A DNA stretch of 64,000 bases from Macrostomum lignano (Eukaryota): contig NIVC01002476.1 in NCBI GenBank assembly GCA_002269645.1, forward strand, positions 1-64,000. Reading direction: 5' to 3'. The notes beneath the pieces were generated by a model that was not told the origin of the DNA, searched no databases, and saw nothing but the letters and a program-made list of their open reading frames with translations. Made by a program: the position numbers and the translations under genes. Below, piece by piece: positions 1-11,458 of the stretch; position 1 is the stretch's first letter; each line of letters opens with the position of its first letter.

Positions 1-3000
1 TAGAATGCAATCAGAACAGATTCTAGAAGTGAGCTAGTCCAGCATCAAGGCAGAACATCTGGATGTGTAACGAAGGCTCTCGGAGATTCCTGGCTCAGAT
101 TATCGCCTAGAAGCTGTGTAGAATAGCTGGTCCACCTAAACCTACAGACACAACTCGAACAGATTTCTCTGTCTGTTTGAGGCTCTGGCCTCTCAGAGCC
201 GCCGAGAAAGTTTAGTGCCGAGAATGCTTCAGTTTGTTAGAATGCAATCAGAACAGATTCCTAGAAAGTGAGCTAGTCCAGCATCAAGGCAGAACATCTG
301 GATGTGTAACGAAGGCTCTCGGAGATTCCTGGCTCAGATTATCGCCTAGAAGTGCTGTGGAGAATAGCTGGTCCACCTAACCTACAGACACAACTCGAAC
401 AGATTTCTGTCTGTTTGAGGCTCTGGCTCTCAGAGCCGCCGAGAAAGTTTAGTGCCGAGAATGCTTCAGTTTTGTTAGAATGCAATCAGAACAGATTCTA
501 GAAAGTGAGCTAGTCCAGCATCAAGGCAGAACATCTGGATGTGTAACGAGAGGCTTGGAGATTCCTGGCTCAGATTATCGCCTAGAAGTGCTGTAGAATA
601 GCTGGTCACCTAACCTACAGACACAACTCGAACAGATTTCTCTGTCTGTTTGAGGCTCTGCCTCTTAGGTGGTACATAACATACAGACAAAACTGAAGCA
701 GCTCTCTCAGTCTGTTTGAGGCTTTGGCTCCAGTAGCTGGTCCACCTAACCTACAGACACAACTCGAACAGATTTCTCTGTCTGTTTAGGCTCTGGCTCT
801 CAGAGCCGCCGAGAAAGTTTAGTGCGAGAATGCTTCAGTTTGTTAGAATGCAATCAGAACAGATCCTAGAAAGTGAGCTAGTCCAGCATCAAGCAGAACA
901 TCTGGATGTGTAACGAGAGGCTCTCGGAGATTCCTGGCTCAGATATCGCCTAGAAGTGCTGTAGAGTAGCTGGTCCACCTAACCTACAGACACAACTCGA
1001 ACAGATTTCTCTGTCTGTTTAGGCTCTGGCTCTCAGAGCCGCGAGAAAGTTTAGTGCCAGAGAATGCTTCAGTTTGTTAGAATGCAATCAGAACAGATTC
1101 CTAGAAAGTGAGCTAGTCCAGCATCAAGCCAGAACATCTGGATGTGTAACGAGAGGCTCTCGGAGATTCCTGGCTCAGATTATGCCTAGAAGTGCTGAGT
1201 AGCTGGTCCACCTAACCTACAGACACAACTCGAACAGATTTCTCTGTCTGTTTGAGGCTCTGGCTCTCAGACCGCCGAGAAAGTTTAGTGCGAGAATGCT
1301 TCAGTTTGTTAGAATGCAATCAGAACAGATTCCTAGAAAGTGAGCTAGTCCAGCATCAAGGCAGAACATCTGGATGTGTAACGAGAGGCTCTCGGAGATT
1401 CCTGGCTCAGATTATCGCCTAGAAGTGCTGTGGAGTAGCTGGTTCCACCTAACCTACAGACACAACTCGAACAGATTTCTCTGTCTGTTTGGGCTCTGGC
1501 TCTCAGAGCCGCCGAGAAAGTTTAGTGCCGAGAATGCTTCAGTTTGTTAGAATGCAATCAGAACAGATTCTAGAAAGTGAGCTAGTCCAGCATCAAGGCA
1601 GAACATCTGGATGTGTAACGAGAGGCTCTCGGAGATTCCTGGCTCAGATTATCGCCTAGAAGTGCTGTAGTAGAATAGCTGGTCCACCTAACCTACAGAC
1701 ACAACTCGAACAGATTTCTCTGTCTGTTTAGGCTCTGGCTCTCAGAGCCGCCAGAAAGTTTAGTGCGAGAATGCTTCAGTTTGTTAGAATGCAATCAGAA
1801 CAGATTCCTAGAAAGTGAGCTAGTCCAGCATCAAGGCAGAACATCTGGATGTGTAACGAGAGGCTCTCGGAGATTCCTGGCTCAGATTATCGCCTAGAAG
1901 TGCTGGAATAGCTGGTCCACCTAACCTACAGACACAACTCGAACAGATTTCTGTCTGTTTGAGGCTCTGGCTCTCAGAGCCGCGAGAAAGTTTAGTGCGA
2001 AATGCTTCAGTTTGTTAGAATGCAATCAGAACAGATTCTAGAAAGTGAGCTAGTCCAGCATCAAGGCAGAACATCTGGATGTGTAACGAGAGGCTCTCGG
2101 AGATTCCTGGCTCAGATTATCGCCTAGAAGTGCTGTAGAATAGCTGGTCCACCTAACCTACAGACACAACTCGAACAGATTTCTCTGTCTGTTTGAGGCT
2201 CTGGCTCTCAGAGCCGCCGAGAAAGTTTAGTGCCGAGAATGCTTCAGTTTGTTAGAATGCAATCAGAACAGATTCCTAGAAAGTGAGCTAGTCCAGCATC
2301 AAGGCAGAACATCTGGATGTGTAACGAGAGGCTCTCGGAGATTCCTGGCTCAGATTATCGCCTAGAAGTGCTGTAGAATAGCTGGTCCACCTAACCTACA
2401 GACACACTCGAACAGATTTCTCTGTCTGTTTGAGGCTCTGGCTCTCAGAGCCGCCGAGAAAGTTTAGTGCCGAGAATGCTTCATTTTGTTAGAATGCAAT
2501 CAGAACAGATTCTAGAAAGTGAGCTAGTCCAGCATCAAGGCAGAACATCTGGATGTGTAACGAGAGGCTCTCGGAGATTCCTGGCTCAGATTATCGCCTA
2601 GAAGTGCTGTGGATAGCTGTCCACCTAACCTACAGACACAACTCGAACAGATTTCTCTGTCTGTTTGAGGCTCTGGCTCTCAGAGCCGCCGAGAAAGTTT
2701 AGTGCGAGAATGCTTCAGTTTGTTAGAATGCAATCAGAACAGATTCCTAGAAAGTGAGCTAGTCCAGCATCAAGGCAGAACATCTGGATGTGTAACGAGA
2801 GGCTCTCGGAGATTCCTGGCTCAGATTATCGCCTAGAAGTGCTGTAGAATAGCTGGCCACCTAACCTACAGACACAACTCGAACAGATTTCTCTGTCTGT
2901 TTGAGGCTCTGGCTCTCAGAGCCGCCGAGAAAGTTTAGTGCGAGAATGCTTCAGTTTGTTAGAATGCAATCAGAACAGATTCCTAGAAAGTGAGCTAGTC

Positions 3001-6000
3001 CAGCATCAAGGCAGAACATCTGGATGTGTAACGAGAGGCTCTCGGAGATTCCTGGCTCAGATTATCGCCTAGAAGTGCTGTAGAATAGCTGGTCCACCTA
3101 ACCTACAGACACAACTCGAACAGATTTCTCTGTCTGTTTGAGGCTCTGGCTCTCAGAGCCGCCGAGAAAGTTTAGTGCCGAGAATGCTTCAGTTTGTTAG
3201 AATGCAATCAGAACAGATTCCTAGAAAGTGAGCTAGTCCAGCATCAAGGCAGAACATCTGGATGTGTAACGAAGTCTCTCGGAGACTCCTGGCTCAGATT
3301 ATCGCCTAGAAGTGCTGAGTAGCTGGTCCACCTAACCTACAGACACAACTCGAACAGATTTCTCTGTCTGTTTGAGGCTCTGGCTCTCAGAGCCGCCGAG
3401 AAAGTTTAGTGCCGAGAATGCTTCAGTTTGTTAGAATGCAATCAGAACAGATTCCTAGAAAGTGAGCTAGTCAGCATCAAGGCAGAACATCTGGATGTGT
3501 AACGAGAGGCTTGGAGATTCCTGGCTCAGATTATCGCCTAGAAGTGCTGTGGAGTAGCTGTCCACCTAACCTACAGACACAACTCGAACAGATTTCTCTG
3601 TCTGTTTGAGGCTCTGGCTCTCAGAGCCGCCGAGAAAGTTTAGTGCCGAGAATGCTTCAGTTTGTTAGAATGCAATCAGAACAGATTCCTAGAAAGTGAG
3701 CTAGTCCAGCATCAGGCAGAACATCTGGATGTGTAACGAGAGGCTCTCGGAGATTCCTGGCTCAGATTATCGCCTAGAAGTGCTGTAGAATAGCTGGTCC
3801 ACCTAACCTACAGACACAACTCGAACAGATTTCTCTGTCTGTTTGAGGCTCTGGCTCTCAGAGCCGCGAGAAAGTTTAGTGCCGAGAATGCTTCAGTTTG
3901 TTAGAATGCAATCAGAACAGATTCCTAGAAAGTGAGCTAGTCCAGCATCAAGGCAGAACATCTGGATGTGTAACGAGAGGCTCTCGGAGATTCCTGGCTC
4001 AGATTATCGCCTAGAAGTGCTGTGATAGCTGGTCCACCTAACCTACAGACACAACTCGAACAGATTTCTCTGTCTGTTTGAGGCTCTGGCTCTCAGAGCC
4101 GCCGAGAAAGTTTAGTGCCGAGAATGCTTCAGTTTGTTAGAATGCAATCAGAACAGATTCCTAGAAAGTGAGCTAGTCCAGCATCAAGGCAGAACATCTG
4201 GATGTGTAACGAGAGGCTCTCGGAGATTCCTGGCTCAGATTATCGCCTAGAAGTGCTGTAGAATAGCTGGTCCACCTAACCTACAGACACAACTCGAACA
4301 GATTTCTCTGTCTGTTTGAGGCTCTGGCTCTCAGAGCCGCCGAGAAAGTTTAGTGCCGAGAATGCTTCAGTTTGTTAGAATGCAATCAGAACAGATTCCT
4401 AGAAAGTGAGCTAGTCCAGCATCAAGGCAGAACATCTGGATGTGTAACGAAAGTCTCTCGGAGATCCTGGCTCAGATTATCGCCTAGAAGTGCTGTGAGT
4501 AGCTGGTCCACCTAACCTACAGACACAACTCGAACAGATTTCTGTCTGTTTGAGGCTCTGGCTCTCAGAGCCGCCGAGAAAGTTTAGTGCCGAGAATGCT
4601 TCAGTTTGTTAGAATGCAATCAGAACAGATTCCTAGAAAGTGAGCTAGTCCAGCATCAAGGCAGAACATCTGGATGTGTAACGAGAGGCTCTCGGAGATT
4701 CCTGGCTCAGATTATCGCCTAGAAGTGCTGTAGAATAGCTGGTCCACCTAACCTACAGACACAACTCGAACAGATTTCTCTGTCTGTTTGAGGCTCTGGC
4801 TCTTAGGTGGTCCACATAACCTACAGACAAAACTGAAGCAGCTCTCTCAGTCTGTTTGAGGCTTTGGCTCACAGTAGCTGGTCCACCTAACCTACAGACA
4901 CAACTCGAACAGATTTCTCTGTCTGTTTGAGGCTCTGGCTCTCAGAGCCACCGAGAAAGTTTAGTGCCGAGAATGCTTCAGTTTGTTAGAATGCAATCAG
5001 AACAGATTCCTAGAAAGTGAGCTAGTCCAGCATCAAGGCAGAACATCTGGATGTGTAACGAGAGGCTCTCGGAGATTCCTGGCTCAGATTATCGCCTAGA
5101 AGTGCTGTAGAATAGCTGGTCCACCTAACCTACAGACACAACTCGAACAGATTTCTCTGTCTGTTTAAGGCTCTGGCTCTCAGAGCCGCCGAGAAAGTTT
5201 AGTGCAAGAATGCTTCAGTTTGTTAGAATGCAATCAGAACAGATTCCTAGAAAGTGAGCTAGTCCAGCATCAAGGCAGAACATCTGGATGTGTAACGAGA
5301 GGCTCTCGGAGATTCCTGGCTCAGATTATCGCCTAGAAGTGCTGTGGAGTAGCTGGTCCACCTAACCTACAGACACAACTCGAACAGATTTCTCTGTCTG
5401 TTTGAGGCTCTGGCTCTCAGAACGCCGAGAAAGTTTAGTGCAAGAATGCTTCATTTGTTAGAATGCAATCAGAACAGATTCCTAGAAAGTGAGCTAGTCC
5501 AGCATCAAGGCAGAACATCTGGATGTGTAACGAGAGGCTCTCGGAGATTCCTGGCTCAGATTATCGCCTAGAAGTGCTGTGGAGTAGCTGGTCCACCTAA
5601 CCTACAGACACAACTCGAACAGATTTCTCTGTCTGTTTAAGGCTCTGGCTCTCAGAGCCGCCGAGAAAGTTTAGTGCCAAGAATGCTTCATTTGTTAGAA
5701 TGCAATCAGAACAGATTCCTAGAAAGTGAGCTAGTCCAGCATCAAGGCAGAACATCTGGATGTGTAACGAGAGGCTCTCGGAGATTCCTGGCTCAGATTA
5801 TCGCCTAGAAGTGCTGTAGAATAGCTGGTCCACCTAACCTACAGACACAACTCGAACAGATTTCTCTGTCTGTTTGAGGCTCTGGCTCTCAGAGCCGCCG
5901 AGAAAGTTTAGTGCCGAGAATGCTTCAGTTTGTTAGAATGCAATCAGAACAGATTCCTAGAAAGTGAGCTAGTCCAGCATCAAGGCAGAACATCTGGATG

Positions 6001-9000
6001 TGTAACGAGAGGCTCTCGGAGATTCCTGGCTCAGATTATCGCCTAGAAGTGCTGTAGAATAGCTGGTCCACCTAACCTACAGACACAACTCGAACAGATT
6101 TCTGTCTGTTTGAGGCTCTGGCTCTCAGAGCCGCCGAGAAAGTTTAGTGCGAGAATGCTTCAGTTTGTTAGAATGCAATCAGAACAGATTCCTAGAAAGT
6201 GAGCTAGTCTAGTATCAAGGCAGAACATCTGGATGTGTAACGAGAGGCCCTTGGAGATTCCTGGCTCAGATTATCGCCTAGAAGTGCTGTAGAATAGCTG
6301 GTCCACCTAACCTACAGACACAACTCGAACAGATTTCTCTGTCTGTTTGAGGCTCTGGCTCTCAGAGCCGCCGAGAAAGTTTAGTGCCGAGAATGCTTCA
6401 GTTTGTTAGAATGCAATCAGAACAGATTCCTAGAAAGTGAGCTAGTCCAGCATCAAGGCAGAACATCTGGATGTGTAACGAGAGGCTCTCGGAGATTCCT
6501 GGCTCAGATTATCGCCTAGAAGTGCTGTAGAATAGCTGGTCCACCTAACCTACAGACACAACTCGAACAGATTTCTCTGTCTGTTTGAGGCTCTGGCTCT
6601 CAGAGCCGCCGAGAAAGTTTAGTGCCAAGAATGCTTCATTTTGTTAGAATGCAATCAGAACAGATTCCTAGAAAGTGAGCTAGTCCAGCATCAAGGCAGA
6701 ACATCTGGATGTGTAACGAGAGGCTCTCGGAGATTCCTGGCTCAGATTATCGCCTAGAAGTGCTGTAGAATAGCTGGTCCACCTAACCTACAGACACAAC
6801 TCGAACAGATTTCTCTGTCTGTTTGAGGCTCTGGCTCTCAGAGCCGCCGAGAAAGTTTAGTGCCGAGAATGCTTCAGTTTGTTAGAATGCAATCAGAACA
6901 GATTCCTAGAAAGTGAGCTAGTCCAGCATCAAGGCAGAACATCTGGATGTGTAACGAGAGGCTCTCGGAGATTCCTGGCTCAGATTATCGCCTAGAAGTG
7001 CTGTAGAATAGCTGGTCCACCTAACCTACAGACACAACTCGAACAGATTTCTCTGTCTGTTTAAGGCTCTGGCTCTCAGAGCCGCCGAGAAAGTTTAGTG
7101 CCGAGAATGCTTCAGTTTGTTAGAATGCAATCAGAACAGATTCCTAGAAAGTGAGCTAGTCCAGCATCAAGGCAGAACATCTGGATGTGTAACGAGAGGC
7201 TCTCGGAGATTCCTGGCTCAGATTATCGCCTAGAAGTGCTGTAGAATAGCTGGTCCACCTAACCTACAGACACAACTCGAACAGATTTCTCTGTCTGTTT
7301 GAGGCTCTGGCTCTCAGAGCCGCCGAGAAAGTTTAGTGCCGAGAATGCTTCAGTTTGTTAGAATGCAATCAGAACAGATTCCTAGAAAGTGAGCTAGTCC
7401 AGCATCAAGGCAGAACATCTGGATGTGTAACGAAAGTCTCTCGGAGACTCCTGGCTCAGATTATCGCCTAGAAGTGCTGTGGAGTAGCTGGTCCACCTAA
7501 CCTACAGACACAACTCGAACAGATTTCTGTCTGTTTGAGGCTCTGGCTCTCAGAGCCGCCGAGAAAGTTTAGTGCCGAGAATGCTTCAGTTTGTTAGAAT
7601 GCAATCAGAACAGATTCCTAGAAAGTGAGCTAGTCTAGTATCAAGGCAGAACATCTGGATGTGTAACGAGAGGCCCTTGGAGATTCCTGGCTCAGATTAT
7701 CGCCTAGAAGTGCTGTAGAATAGCTGGTCCACCTAACCTACAGACACAACTCGAACAGATTTCTCTGTCTGTTTGAGGCTCTGGCTCTTAGGTGGTCCAC
7801 ATAACCTACAGACAAAACTGAAGCAGCTCTCTCAGTCTGTTTGAGGCTTTGGCTCACAGTAGCTGGTCCACCTAACCTACAGACACAACTCGAACAGATT
7901 TCTCTGTCTGTTTGAGGCTCTGGCTCTCAGAGCCGCCGAGAAAGTTTAGTGCGAGAATGCTTCAGTTTGTTAGAATGCAATCAGAACAGATTCCTAGAAA
8001 GTGAGCTAGTCCAGCATCAAGGCAGAACATCTGGATGTGTAACGAGAGGCTCTCGGAGATTCCTGGCTCAGATTATCGCCTAGAAGTGCTGTAGAATAGC
8101 TGGTCCACCTAACCTACAGACACAACTCGAACAGATTTCTCTGTCTGTTTAAGGCTCTGGCTCTCAGAGCCGCCGAGAAAGTTTAGTGCCGAGAATGCTT
8201 CAGTTTGTTAGAATGCAATCAGAACAGATTCCTAGAAAGTGAGCTAGTCCAGCATCAAGGCAGAACATCTGGATGTGTAACGAGAGGCTCTCGGAGATTC
8301 CTGGCTCAGATTATCGCCTAGAAGTGCTGTGGAGTAGCTGGTCCACCTAACTTACAGACACAACTCGAACAGATTTCTCTGTCTGTTTGAGGCTCTGGCT
8401 CTCAGAACCGCCGAGAAAGTTTAGTGCCAAGAATGCTTCATTTTGTTAGAATGCAATCAGAACAGATTCCTAGAAAGTGAGCTAGTCCAGCATCAAGGCA
8501 GAACATCTGGATGTGTAACGAGAGGCTCTCGGAGATTCCTGGCTCAGATTATCGCCTAGAAGTGCTGTGGAGTAGCTGGTCCACCTAACCTACAGACACA
8601 ACTCGAACAGATTTCTCTGTCTGTTTAAGGCTCTGGCTCTCAGAGCCGCCGAGAAAGTTTAGTGCCAAGAATGCTTCATTTTGTTAGAATGCAATCAGAA
8701 CAGATTCCTAGAAAGTGAGCTAGTCCAGCATCAAGGCAGAACATCTGGATGTGTAACGAGAGGCTCTCGGAGATTCCTGGCTCAGATTATCGCCTAGAAG
8801 TGCTGTAGAATAGCTGGTCCACCTAACCTACAGACACAACTCGAACAGATTTCTCTGTCTGTTTGAGGCTCTGGCTCTCAGAGCCGCCGAGAAAGTTTAG
8901 TGCCGAGAATGCTTCAGTTTGTTAGAATGCAATCAGAACAGATTCCTAGAAAGTGAGCTAGTCCAGCATCAAGGCAGAACATCTGGATGTGTAACGAGAG

Positions 9001-9940
9001 GCTCTCGGAGATTCCTGGCTCAGATTATCGCCTAGAAGTGCTGTAGAATAGCTGGTCCACCTAACCTACAGACACAACTCGAACAGATTTCTCTGTCTGT
9101 TTGAGGCTCTGGCTCTCAGAGCCGCCGAGAAAGTTTAGTGCCAAGAATGCTTCATTTTGTTAGAATGCAATCAGAACAGATTCCTAGAAAGTGAGCTAGT
9201 CCAGCATCAAGGCAGAACATCTGGATGTGTAATGAGAGGCTCTCGGAGATTCCTGGCTCAGATTATCGCCTAGAAGTGCTGTAGAATAGCTGGTCCACCT
9301 AACCTACAGACACAACTCGAACAGATTTCTCTGTCTGTTTGAGGCTCTGGCTCTCAGAGCCGCCGAGAAAGTTTAGTGCCGAGAATGCTTCAGTTTGTTA
9401 GAATGCAATCAGAACAGATTCCTAGAAAGTGAGCTAGTCCAGCATCAAGGCAGAACATCTGGATGTGTAACGAGAGGCTCTCGGAGATTCCTGGCTCAGA
9501 TTATCGCCTAGAAGTGCTGTAGAATAGCTGGTCCACCTAACCTACAGACACAACTCGAACAGATTTCTCTGTCTGTTTGAGGCTCTGGCTCTTAGGTGGT
9601 CCACATAACCTACAGACACAACTGAAGCAGCTCTCTCAGTCTGTTTGAGGCTTTGTCTCTCAGAAGGTGGTCCACCTAACCTACAGACACAACTCGAACA
9701 GATTTCTCTGTCTGTTTGAGGCTCTGGCTCTTAGGTGGTCCACATAACCTATAGACACAACTGAAGCAGCTCTCTCAATCTGTTTGAGGCTTTGGCTCTC
9801 AGAAGGTGGTTCACCTCACTCACAGACACAACTCGAACAGATTTCTCTGTTTGTTTGAGGCTCTGGCCACAGGTGGTCCTGTAGGTGGTCCACATAACCT
9901 ACAGACACAACTGGAACAGATTTCTGTGTCTGTTTGATTG
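1..9940. repeat. 238-bp tandem satellite (~38 units) built on a ~70-bp subunit; runs off the left edge of the window
   Basis: Unit TAGAATGCAATCAGAACAGATTCCTAGAAAGTGAGCTAGTCCAGC...GAATGCTTCAGTTTGT. GATTCC recurs at 6425, 6663, 6901, 7139 (period 238). From ~9530 to 9940 the array breaks down into ~6 tandem ~70-bp GGTCCAC-TAACC-TACAGACA subunits. Confidence 0.98.
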
Positions 9941-9969
9941 TCAGTTAATTTTATTTTCTACCTTTGTAG

Positions 9970-10038
9970 GAGCCTGTGGTTGATTTTGTTCGCCTGAGCT
10001 CGACGAGACTGACTGCGTTTCACCGAGATGAAGGTTAA
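9970..10038 (+). other. Possible isolated exon right after the satellite (EPVVDFVRLSSTRLTAFHRDEG)
   Basis: Strong acceptor TTTTATTTTCTACCTTTGTAG|G at 9969/9970. The phase-0 frame is open to TAA at 10036-38. A weak GTTAAA donor after 10033 would be phase-compatible with the exon at 11459. No homology recognised. Confidence 0.3.
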
Positions 10039-11007
10039 AACGAACTGTAAAAGAAGATTCAAACCACTAATTGACGAGAAATATAGAAAGGTTCATCATA
10101 GAGCTGAGCTGACGAAAGCGGATTCGATGGCTGAGTAAGCTGAAATTCGTGAGAGAGGCAATGACAGATCAATAACAGAAGCGGTCCCGGACCACGGAGG
10201 CAGGGACGTCCAGGAGAATATTTCGTAGAAAAAATAAGAAGATTAAGCCATCATCTGCGTGAACGAAAAGATGAAAGTCGGTAAAATGATTGGCTTATCA
10301 TATGATTGCTCACCAACTCATTCAGTATAATAGGACTGATGTAGTCAAATCAATTTAATTTCAGTTTTAGTAACTTTTGTCGTTATTAAAAATGCCCTTC
10401 AACTTCTTGTAGGCTCGTACTCGGATGACCTTTTTTAACTAATGGAATCTTACGTTTGTTAACATGTATTTGAAGCATACATTTTGACCTAAATTAGTTT
10501 TAATGAGTTAACAGTAAGTATTTGATATGATTCGGTATTTATTTTCAAAATGCTTTATTTTCATTCACCTTCTTGTATTCACGCGACGCAACTAACTAAT
10601 GCGATCGTACATTTGTTTAACCCGATTAACCCGATTAGTAATGCTAAATAAATTGGTTTGAACTTGGGATATTTTCATTAAATGACGTCGTAACCCTTTT
10701 ATCTGTTCTTTTTGAGAATTTCTGTTTTAATTAGTTCAAAAGAACAGTTTAAAGCAATAAATTTTCTACAACGAAAGAGGTCTAACTAAACCAACTGTTT
10801 TTTTGCGGTCCACCTAACCCGGTCCCCAAAACGTAGTTAGTGAACCACCACAGTTTCCCCGAACTGGCTATTCCGTCAAGTTAACAAAAAGATAACCCTA
10901 GCTAGCCTTTCGCGTTGTCAAAACAGACTCTATTTTTTAACCGGAATTGCGTGGTCCACGTAACGCATTAACATAACTCAGGTCCCGCTAAACACACAGA
11001 CAGTCGT

Positions 11008-11386
<379 letters not shown>

Positions 11387-11458
11387 ATCTAACTATCTAT
11401 TTATATCTATTCGAAGCCAGCTGCTAAAGCTCCCTACCGATCAACGCCCAAACCGCAG

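Noticed and set aside
1-4500. Higher divergence of satellite monomers toward the left edge
   Set aside because: The differences are mostly scattered 1-2-bp deletions typical of low-coverage long-read consensus error, not shared biological variants. The same applies to sporadic 19-bp units in the 20-mer array.
1-9940. Satellite monomer as a tRNA/SINE or hammerhead-ribozyme array
   Set aside because: The A-box-like TGGCTCAG and B-box-like GTTCGAG lie on opposite strands, and there is no CUGANGA..GAAA core on either strand.
10109-10145. CTGACGA...GAAA hammerhead-like core (also CTGACGAG at ~54624)
   Set aside because: Stem II is not properly closed and no stem I/III partners or NUH site were found.
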